A stretch of DNA of 55,239 bases from assembly GCA_035283845.1 (NCBI GenBank), contig DATESZ010000155.1:1-55239 (forward strand), written 5' to 3'. Under the pieces are notes generated by a model. It did not search any database. It was given only the letters and a program-made list of their open reading frames with translations, and was not told where the DNA came from. Position numbers and translations under genes: made by a program. The DNA is from Syntrophales bacterium. Lineage in GTDB: Bacteria > Desulfobacterota > Syntrophia > Syntrophales > JACQWR01. This document shows, in pieces, positions 36,717 to 44,019 of this stretch (the stretch's first letter is position 1; every line of letters starts with the position of its first letter).

Positions 36717-37585
36717 TTTGTGCAGGTTCCTCTGTTCCTGTGAGGGGGCGGCGTACCCATGCGGATATTCGGAGCAACCTTTGTCAGGGCATCGCCCTGG
36801 TCTTTCAGCAGTTGATTGGAATTCAGGGCCGTCCTGGAAATAGCATGGCATCTGTCACATGGCCCAAGGTAGCCGTGGGGGCTTTTTGCTGTGGCCAGGA
36901 TCATCGGCGCCGCCTCCATCTGAGCTATTCCCAAAGCCTCGGTACTGAAAACCAAAATGTTTATATATTTGCCGCCACGGTAAACTGATAGGTTTACCCG
37001 GTTTGACTGGGCCAAATCTTTGGTCGCCAGCCGGAACGACTTAAGGTCATTTATCTTCCTGTCGTTCACTGCCGTGATGACATCCCCCGCATAGAGCCCC
37101 GCTTCCGCCGAGAGCAGCGTCACTTCATCGATCAGGACCCCCGCCACGTCCGGCGGTATGAAATTTGCCTCAGCGATCGCCGGTGTTAAAGGAATGACCT
37201 CCATCCCGATCCAGTGTCCTTCCTGTAGCGTCTTATCCGGGAAGGCGATAGGCGGCAGAGGGACGTTCTGATCCGGCTGGACCGGAAGAATGATATCCCC
37301 ATTCCCCTGCGGCGGATCGAGCTGGTTCGGCTGCTGAACCGTATTCTCATGGTTTTGCTGTATACGCTGGTTGATGGGGTCCTGTTTCTGGACAACGGGT
37401 CCGGCCAAAGCAACAATATTGGGGTCTTTCGGAGTCACCTCGTCCCAGTCCTTTTCCTTTATTGCTGACGGCGCCATTGAGGAAAGGGGTGTGGCCCCTC
37501 TCAAATAAACGAAATAGACGTACAGGAACGCACAAACCAGCAGTATAACTACAACCGGATGGGCGATACGCGTAAGATGTTTCAT
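36698..37585 (-). CDS. mamP: MamP-like protein: TM, PDZ domain, two magnetochrome CXXCH motifs
   Basis: PDZ-like AEAGLYAGDVITAVNDRKINDL. SPHGYLGPCDRCHAI and PPHRNRGTCTKCHVV both fit PHxxxGxCxxCH. Confidence 0.85.
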   Translation of the reverse strand: MKHLTRIAHPVVVILLVCAFLYVYFVYLRGATPLSSMAPSAIKEKDWDEVTPKDPNIVALAGPVVQKQDPINQRIQQNHENTVQQPNQLDPPQGNGDIILPVQPDQNVPLPPIAFPDKTLQEGHWIGMEVIPLTPAIAEANFIPPDVAGVLIDEVTLLSAEAGLYAGDVITAVNDRKINDLKSFRLATKDLAQSNRVNLSVYRGGKYINILVFSTEALGIAQMEAAPMILATAKSPHGYLGPCDRCHAISRTALNSNQLLKDQGDALTKVAPNIRMGTPPPHRNRGTCTKCHVVL

Positions 37586-37588
37586 TTA

Positions 37589-37747
37589 TTAAGCTTTTTC
37601 CCCTGCTGGCATTAGCATGCTGTTTAGACCCTCGGCAAACTTAGCCTCGAATTTTTCTGTAAGTTCTGGTTTTGTTCTATTGAGTAGCTCATAAACAAGA
37701 GCCCCAACAAAAACCGCCATAAAAACCCCCACCAGTATCTTCGACAT
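37589..37747 (-). CDS. Small (52-aa) single-TM protein, not in the ORF track
   Basis: Own translation: MSKILVGVFMAVFVGALVYELLNRTKPELTEKFEAKFAEGLNSMLMPAGEKA. GGAGG lies about 7 nt upstream of the ATG. Its double TAA TAA stop abuts the mamP ATG. Confidence 0.45.
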   Translation of the reverse strand: MSKILVGVFMAVFVGALVYELLNRTKPELTEKFEAKFAEGLNSMLMPAGEKA

Positions 37748-37810
37748 AGCTCACCTCCCTGTTAGACCTGTTACTTACGACGCACTGCCGGCAAAAAATA
37801 TCTTATTTTC

Positions 37811-38116
37811 TCAGCCCCGCGCCGTCATCTTTTTCTCCTCAAAAGACGTAATGGATCTATCGATCTTTTCCGTAGCAGCAACCAGTTCCACTAACATATC
37901 ATCCCTTTTCAAGTCTGCCAGACCCGCTTTTTTCACCTGGATTATTCTTTTGCCGATCAGGCTTAAACACTCCCGCCTCTTCTTTTTGAGGCCCCGTATA
38001 TCGTATGTTAAAACAATGCCCTTGGCGCTTTTTTTTGCAGAAGCAACGGTGTATAACAAGGCATCCACAAATATATCCCCCAGGTGCTGCATCTTATACC
38101 TGACATCTCTGCTCAT
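37811..38116 (-). CDS. Hypothetical 101-aa basic protein with a degenerate RxxxLxxIG motif
   Basis: KKKRRECLSLIGKRIIQV resembles the RIxxLYxEIG segment of three larger cluster proteins. Confidence 0.4.
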   Translation of the reverse strand: MSRDVRYKMQHLGDIFVDALLYTVASAKKSAKGIVLTYDIRGLKKKRRECLSLIGKRIIQVKKAGLADLKRDDMLVELVAATEKIDRSITSFEEKKMTARG

Positions 38117-38134
38117 ACAGATATCCTCCTTACT

Positions 38135-38341
38135 TCATTTTTTCCTGTTCATAAGATAAAAGATGCCAATCGCGCTTATCACTCCGACCACCATACTTAT
38201 AACTATGATAAGGCTGAGTTCCAATTGAAATGGATTCCCGATGAGTATTTTAATGGGCACGGCCGTCCGATTCTGGTCGAGAAAAACAACCACCAGAAAC
38301 AAAAACATCAACGTTACAAGGTAGCTTGATTTTAATTTCAT
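38135..38341 (-). CDS. Small two-TM membrane protein (LapA/DUF1049-like pattern)
   Basis: 68 aa with two hydrophobic helices and a C-terminal basic tail (YLMNRKK). Confidence 0.45.
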   Translation of the reverse strand: MKLKSSYLVTLMFLFLVVVFLDQNRTAVPIKILIGNPFQLELSLIIVISMVVGVISAIGIFYLMNRKK

Positions 38342-38355
38342 GCTCTCGGCGCCTT

Positions 38356-38586
38356 TTATTTTAAGTCTTTTGCGCCGTACAAGAATCCCAGCGCGCCGCC
38401 TGTCAGACCGAGCGCCTTGAAGGTCAAAATTGCCGGAATAGCGACTTCAGCCATTGCTGCTACCGCGAGAGCTCCTATCCCCAGGCTAATCCCCACACCG
38501 AGACCCACGGCGGTTTTACCTGCCAGCATGGCAACTTTATAAACAGAATCTCCACCTTTTTCATCATAATCGCGCGCCATATTCAT
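38356..38586 (-). CDS. Small Gly/Leu/Ala-repeat membrane protein
   Basis: GLGVGISLGIGALAVAAMAEVAIPAILTFKALGLTGGALGFLYG. This GL-dipeptide-rich hydrophobic segment is reminiscent of the LG-repeat magnetosome proteins (Mms6/MamG/MamD class), by pattern only. Confidence 0.45.
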   Translation of the reverse strand: MNMARDYDEKGGDSVYKVAMLAGKTAVGLGVGISLGIGALAVAAMAEVAIPAILTFKALGLTGGALGFLYGAKDLK

Positions 38587-38666
38587 CTCTCCCTACTATC
38601 ATGATCATATCCCGGTAAGCCCTTCCCCGCATGAGACAGTGCAATGAGAGGGGGAGCATTACCGCT

Positions 38667-39473
38667 TCACTGCGGTTTGACCGTTGCCCCATCGTTCAGT
38701 TGCAATAAAAGCAGCTTTTTGGACAAAGGCACCTTATCCCCATACTCGAGCAATTTCTTTTCAAAATAGGGCAATTTCCCTGTTTCCTTCAAACAAATGC
38801 CGATCAAAAGATCGCTCAGGTCGGAGATTTCTTGCAGGTAAAAGAAGGATCCGCCTGTTTCATTCGCCATCCAGCGAAAGTTACCCTCCGTCTCGGATAT
38901 ATTGTTGCATAAAATTGGATAGATTTTGATCCCCTTGAGCTTGAGCGCCTTCACCTCTTCACGGTAATCGCGCATTTTTGTGCACTCTTTGATCCCGTCC
39001 AACACCCCGTGGGGCGGTTTGTCGCCAATCAGAATGATCACTTTGGGCGCCGCTTTATCCCAGGTAAATGCCACCGCTTCGCGCAAAGCGCACTCCACCG
39101 CTTCCGGTCCGCCTCCGCCCTCTCCGATATACAGTCCGGGTGAACGCATAAAGCCGATGATTTCTTTTCTATTGAACGTCAGCGGCAGGATCTTGGTCAG
39201 ATAATATTCATCTTCCCCTTCATCACCATGATCCTTGTAAGCGACGCAACCCATCCTGATCTTTGGCGAATACTCCAGGACGTTTTCTATGATCCTTATG
39301 ATATTTTGTTTTACCTCATCGATGTAAGGGTCCATACTGCCAGTCGTGTCAATCATGAATAGGACATCGAGGGACGAATCGGCGTAGAAGCGGCCTTCCT
39401 TCAGCAGCTTCTCTTTTTCAGCTATCTTCTGAAGAATTTTCTCTTTTCTGTCAGTCAACCCATCAGTGCTCAT
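38667..39473 (-). CDS. von Willebrand factor type A (vWA) domain protein, first gene of the minus-strand series
   Basis: MIDAS-like VLFMIDTTGSMDPYI, later VIILIGDKPPHG. About 235 bp of non-coding DNA lies upstream, before a divergent plus-strand gene. Confidence 0.7.
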   Translation of the reverse strand: MSTDGLTDRKEKILQKIAEKEKLLKEGRFYADSSLDVLFMIDTTGSMDPYIDEVKQNIIRIIENVLEYSPKIRMGCVAYKDHGDEGEDEYYLTKILPLTFNRKEIIGFMRSPGLYIGEGGGGPEAVECALREAVAFTWDKAAPKVIILIGDKPPHGVLDGIKECTKMRDYREEVKALKLKGIKIYPILCNNISETEGNFRWMANETGGSFFYLQEISDLSDLLIGICLKETGKLPYFEKKLLEYGDKVPLSKKLLLLQLNDGATVKPQ

Positions 39474-39709
39474 TAGATTATAGAAACCCCCATCTTTTAC
39501 CGCGAAGCAGCCCCGTCATATCGAAACCCCGGCAAAAGCAGATCAAGTTTGTCTGATGGCCTAATTCATTATTTTACTGTGGAGTTTTTTAGCACCGCCC
39601 CTCCCCCCTGTCAAGGGGGAAAAAGGGGAAAGCAATAAAAATTTTGTTGATCTTTTACATGAAATACGCTACCCATCTTACCACATTTCGGAAATGTTGT
39701 GTGACTTAA

Positions 39710-40069
39710 ATGAAATCATACCTCCTGTCATCCATGTTGTTATGCTGCAGTAATGTCTTCATGACTTTTGCCTGGTATGGGCACCTCAAGAACTTTTCCG
39801 GGAGACCCTGGCTTTTTGCCGCGCTATTCAGTTGGGGCATTGCCCTTTTTGAATACCTGCTTCAGGTGCCGGCAAACCGCATCGGCCATCAGGTGATGAA
39901 TATCGGGCAATTGAAAATTCTTCAGGAGATTATAACATTATCGGTATTTGTTCCTTTTTCCTTTTTGTATTTGAAAGAAGATGTTGATCTCGACTACCTT
40001 TGGGCAGGGATCTGTTTATTAGGCGCAGTCTTCTTCATTTTTCGGCGCAAGCTATTTGACGCCCTATGA
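39710..40069 (+). CDS. Small DMT-superfamily membrane protein (DUF486-like)
   Basis: 119 aa, four hydrophobic helices. NVFMTFAWYGHLK...IGQLKILQEIITL matches my memory of this family. Confidence 0.6.
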   Translation: MKSYLLSSMLLCCSNVFMTFAWYGHLKNFSGRPWLFAALFSWGIALFEYLLQVPANRIGHQVMNIGQLKILQEIITLSVFVPFSFLYLKEDVDLDYLWAGICLLGAVFFIFRRKLFDAL

Positions 40070-40428
40070 AACAGCCCCTGTGGCATAGGATTGCGAAAAT
40101 TGTCCGGTGCGCCGACAGCGCCACAGGCAACAATCTGCTGCTTTCCCTATTGAATAACTGGCTAAAGGAGTTTGGCATGATGACATCAATCTTAATTGAC
40201 TCAAAAAGCAAATCAATGGCAATCGAAGTTGAATTAAAAGGCGAAGACAGGCCGATCAGTATCAAAATCAATGATTATGTGATTGAGCCGGATGGGAACG
40301 GCAGCATCGTTACAATTGGCGACATCTCCTTTTCCAGAGAATGGATGGATGTCCTCGCCAAGAAATTTCTTGCCAAGGGAAAGCTTTCCCTCCCCCTGTC
40401 TCCTGATTTGCTCGAACAAATACTTTAA
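40066..40428 (+). CDS. Hypothetical protein
   Basis: ORF with an ATGA overlap to the upstream gene. No motif recognised. An internal MMTSIL start is also possible. Confidence 0.3.
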   Translation: MKQPLWHRIAKIVRCADSATGNNLLLSLLNNWLKEFGMMTSILIDSKSKSMAIEVELKGEDRPISIKINDYVIEPDGNGSIVTIGDISFSREWMDVLAKKFLAKGKLSLPLSPDLLEQIL

Positions 40429-40504
40429 ATGATAGATTTGGGCGATTTTAATGGCGGGAATGCTGATCTATTCATTGGAACGGATAGTTCAGGAAGGTAA
40501 AATC

Positions 40505-41326
40505 TCACAATTCAATCATGTTGTTTTCGATAAGCCATCTTTCCTGAAAAGCGCGCCTTGCCGCCCAACCAACATCATTAATGAACCAGGCGTTAACGGA
40601 CCCCCCGACAGCGGCGCCGATGGCCGGGATAGCCTGCATGACCTTTCGCTCGGTGATATTGACTCCCAGTTGTCTTCCTAAACTTTTCATGCCAATAAGC
40701 ACAGATTCTTTAACTAATTGCTGTTGCGCAGCCTTCTCTGCTACCGTCTTCAGCGTCTGTTTGGCGATCATCACATCTATCGCCCGCAGTATTTTGACCG
40801 CATCGGCTTTTTCACTTGCCGTGTTGGCGCCGGCGGCGGATAAAAGCGCTAAAACAAAGTACCTGCCTTTTTCATCTTTGTTCTTGTATCCATAACAGAG
40901 GCCTATTTTGTGAATTGTCCTCAAGGCGAAAGTAATGATGAAAGGAATATCCAGCACCAATCCGTAGATCCCCCACATGCCTGAACCAACGCCTTCTGCA
41001 GATGCCACGCCGATTGCCCAGTTGTGAATTTCATTGGCTAATTTATCTGACAGCATAAGGTCTTTTTTTTTCAATTCATAAATTTCCGACACCCCTCCTT
41101 TTCTCGTGACATCGCCTTCGTCGGCCAACCATTCCGCCACCGAACTTGTACCGCCGATGGCATCCCGGATGGCCGACTGAGGTACGACAGCTTGAATGAG
41201 CATGGATATCGGAAACATCACGCAACCTAACGCGGTGCCGACAACGCTCGGTTTTTCCTTACGCCATTCTTCTATCGCGCGTATCTGCTCCTTTTCATAT
41301 TCACCGGGGTTGCTCGTGATTGCCAT
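40505..41326 (-). CDS. EcsC-like family protein (tentative)
   Basis: GMWGIYGLVLDIPFIITFALRTIHKIGLCYGY and the surrounding helical layout resemble the EcsC-family core. Called by pattern recall only. Confidence 0.4.
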   Translation of the reverse strand: MAITSNPGEYEKEQIRAIEEWRKEKPSVVGTALGCVMFPISMLIQAVVPQSAIRDAIGGTSSVAEWLADEGDVTRKGGVSEIYELKKKDLMLSDKLANEIHNWAIGVASAEGVGSGMWGIYGLVLDIPFIITFALRTIHKIGLCYGYKNKDEKGRYFVLALLSAAGANTASEKADAVKILRAIDVMIAKQTLKTVAEKAAQQQLVKESVLIGMKSLGRQLGVNITERKVMQAIPAIGAAVGGSVNAWFINDVGWAARRAFQERWLIENNMIEL

Positions 41327-41372
41327 GGTACTCGCAAAGCTCCTCGAGAGACAGGCGGGATTGCCTACCCCT

Positions 41373-42035
41373 TTATATCTTCAATCCATAGATGCCCATG
41401 GCAATATCCTGTTCCAGGGCTATCTGGGTATTCTCAATCTGAATGACATAAGCGGGAAATTTTTGGCGGATTTTTATCTTTTTCCCGGGAGACACGCCAA
41501 AAGAAACCAGTTTGCCGATCAAGACCGGGTCAGCTTTTCTGATAAAGGATATTCTGACCTCATCGCCTATATCCAGGGAATCGAGAGATTTAACAAACGT
41601 TTTTACAGAATCTTCAGCCCTCTTGCAGCAATCCCCTTCCGGTATCGGGAAACCGTGGGGACATTCCCGCGGGTGGCCAAGCAAGGTGCAGATCGCCTCG
41701 GTAAGACCGGGCGCCAGTGTATGCTCATACTCGCAGGCCGACTCCTCCATTTCCCCAAACATCATCCCCAGGACATCGACAAGCAGCCTTTCGGCCAGTC
41801 TGTGCCTGCGTATGATAGGCTGCGCCTGCTCTTTTCCCTGGGCTGTGAGAGTGATCTCCGTGCCGCTTATTTTCACGAGGCCGCTTTTTTCCAGCTCCGA
41901 TAAGATTTCGTCATCCACAATATATCCATAGGCGCCCTCATGTTCCTTCAATACGTTTTCTACCGTGCATCTTCCCTTTTCCTCCAACGTCCAGACAGTC
42001 TCGATCGTTTCAGCCGTTACATCTACAATTTTCAT
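41373..42035 (-). CDS. DtxR-family metal-dependent regulator fused to a FeoA-like C-terminal domain
   Basis: Winged-helix N-terminus, dimerisation/metal region RRHRLAERLLVDVLGM...ESACEYEH, and a C-terminal SH3-like segment GDEVRISFIRKADPVLIGKLVSFGVSPGKKIKIRQ (FeoA pattern). Confidence 0.75.
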   Translation of the reverse strand: MKIVDVTAETIETVWTLEEKGRCTVENVLKEHEGAYGYIVDDEILSELEKSGLVKISGTEITLTAQGKEQAQPIIRRHRLAERLLVDVLGMMFGEMEESACEYEHTLAPGLTEAICTLLGHPRECPHGFPIPEGDCCKRAEDSVKTFVKSLDSLDIGDEVRISFIRKADPVLIGKLVSFGVSPGKKIKIRQKFPAYVIQIENTQIALEQDIAMGIYGLKI

Positions 42036-42045
42036 ATGCCACCCC

Positions 42046-43992
42046 TTAAAAAGAGAAATTATTCCACTGGAAAAAATAGTTCATGATTCCCCCGGTCATA
42101 ATGGCGCAGGCGGTAACGGAAAGAATAATGGCCAGTGCCTTCTTCGCTCCCTGTTCCTTGATAATGAGCAAGAAGTTTGCTACACAGGGGATAAAAAGTA
42201 TCGTGACAATCATCGCTACCACCAGTTGCCGATTATCCATGACGCCGGTGTCCACCAATTTTTTGAGCACTGCTATGCCTGCCTCTCCCCTGATGAAGCC
42301 CATAATCAGGGATTCGGCAAACTGCGGCGGCAGCCCCATAAAGCCTTTGACGACAGGCGCAAAGAAGTTCTCCAGATAAACCAAAAGACCGATCTTTTCT
42401 ACCAGAAAAAGTCCCAGCGCGCCGATGACGAACAGCGGCAGCGCCTCCCGGAGAAACAGCAGCGACCGGTAGGAAGTCTTTTTTATAATATTTTGCATGC
42501 TCGGAATGCGTATCGGAGGAATTTCCATGATAAAATAGGAAGGATCTACCGTCATCAGCCTGCTCAGGATAAAACCTGCGGCAATAGTAAGAGAAAAGAC
42601 AACCCCGAACACCACGAAAAAGGCAGCGAAAGAAACCTGCGCCAGAATAACCAAAATCATACTCAATTTTGCTGAACAGGGAATGCCCAGCGAAAGCAGA
42701 AAGATGGCGATAAACCGTTCTCTTTTGCTGTCCAGCACCCTGGTGGATAGTGTAGCCATGGTGACACAGGAAAAGCCGAGCACCATCGGCAGCACGGCCT
42801 TGCCGTTTAGACCTATTTTACTGAACAATCTGTTGAGCAGGATGGATAGCCGGGTAAAGTATCCCGAATCCTCAATAAAACCAAAGGTAAAGAAGAAAAC
42901 AACAATCACCGGTAAAACCAGGCCGAGAAGTGGAACAATCGCCATGGCGTAGAGACCGTACTCTCCCATAATAAGCTCCCTCGCCGGGGCGTATGGTATC
43001 ATTACCACGATATTATTAAGAAATGAGGCCACGACGAGGCCAAAAAAATCTTTCACTAAAAAGTCAACTAAATAACCTGCGGCAAATTTTCCCACAATAA
43101 AATACAGCACTACCAGCATGATAAAGAGGATCAGAAAACCGGCAATCGGAGTCAAGGCCATATTGCCTATCCTGTCTAATAACAGCGTGGAGGAAATTGG
43201 TGTGAAATAGATTGACTCGGTGAATACTGCTTCTGCCCAGGCATTGTTAGCCCGGTAAATAATCAGATCAAGTGGCTGGTACAGTGATTTCTTGGCCTCA
43301 GCCATGCCGCTCCGGGCGGCATCGTTATTATTGAGCGCGCTTATCTGCTGGGCCCAGCGTGCGGTCTCCTGCTCATCGGCAAGAGAGAAAAGCGACAAGG
43401 CCCGTTTTTTCCATTCCGGTTGCCTCTCGTCAGGCATAAGCGCCGTCAGACGCTGCATCGCATCTGTCAGAACGAAAGGCAACCGGGAGGGAAAGGATGG
43501 TATCCGGGCCGTGCCTAAGGCCGTAATAAGCGCGGCGATGCCAGCGCCTTCCGATGCCACCGTTTCGATTACGGAGGCGCCCAGCATATCTTCCAGTTTA
43601 TGCCGCTTGACCTTAATCCCCTTCTGGGCGGCTTCGTCAACCATATTCAAAACAAGCACCAGGGGAAGGCGAAATTCTGCCAACAATGCAGTAAGCGCCA
43701 ATGATCGTTTGATATTTTTTGCATCAGCGACTTGCACAACCAGGTCAGGCGTCTCGTCAATCAGGATATTCCGCGCCACCTTTTCATTATCAGCGTTGGA
43801 AAGCAGATTATACACGCCTGGAATATCAATTATTTCGATATTGTCCCCTTCGACCTTGAGGGCGCCTCTTTTGATCTCCACGACGGTGCCGGGGTGGGTG
43901 GAGATACTGACTCTGTCGTTGATCAAGCGGCTGAATACGGTGCTTTTACCGACATTCGGCAGGCCTAATAGCAAAACTCTCTTCAATATCAA
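42046..43992 (-). CDS. feoB: Ferrous iron transporter FeoB
   Basis: G1 LLGLPNVGKSTVF, G3 DIPGVY, G4 NMVD, followed by about 10 TM helices. Confidence 0.9.
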   Translation of the reverse strand: MILKRVLLLGLPNVGKSTVFSRLINDRVSISTHPGTVVEIKRGALKVEGDNIEIIDIPGVYNLLSNADNEKVARNILIDETPDLVVQVADAKNIKRSLALTALLAEFRLPLVLVLNMVDEAAQKGIKVKRHKLEDMLGASVIETVASEGAGIAALITALGTARIPSFPSRLPFVLTDAMQRLTALMPDERQPEWKKRALSLFSLADEQETARWAQQISALNNNDAARSGMAEAKKSLYQPLDLIIYRANNAWAEAVFTESIYFTPISSTLLLDRIGNMALTPIAGFLILFIMLVVLYFIVGKFAAGYLVDFLVKDFFGLVVASFLNNIVVMIPYAPARELIMGEYGLYAMAIVPLLGLVLPVIVVFFFTFGFIEDSGYFTRLSILLNRLFSKIGLNGKAVLPMVLGFSCVTMATLSTRVLDSKRERFIAIFLLSLGIPCSAKLSMILVILAQVSFAAFFVVFGVVFSLTIAAGFILSRLMTVDPSYFIMEIPPIRIPSMQNIIKKTSYRSLLFLREALPLFVIGALGLFLVEKIGLLVYLENFFAPVVKGFMGLPPQFAESLIMGFIRGEAGIAVLKKLVDTGVMDNRQLVVAMIVTILFIPCVANFLLIIKEQGAKKALAIILSVTACAIMTGGIMNYFFQWNNFSF

Positions 43993-44019
43993 TCCCTTTC
44001 CATGCAGGTTGAGTGCTTT

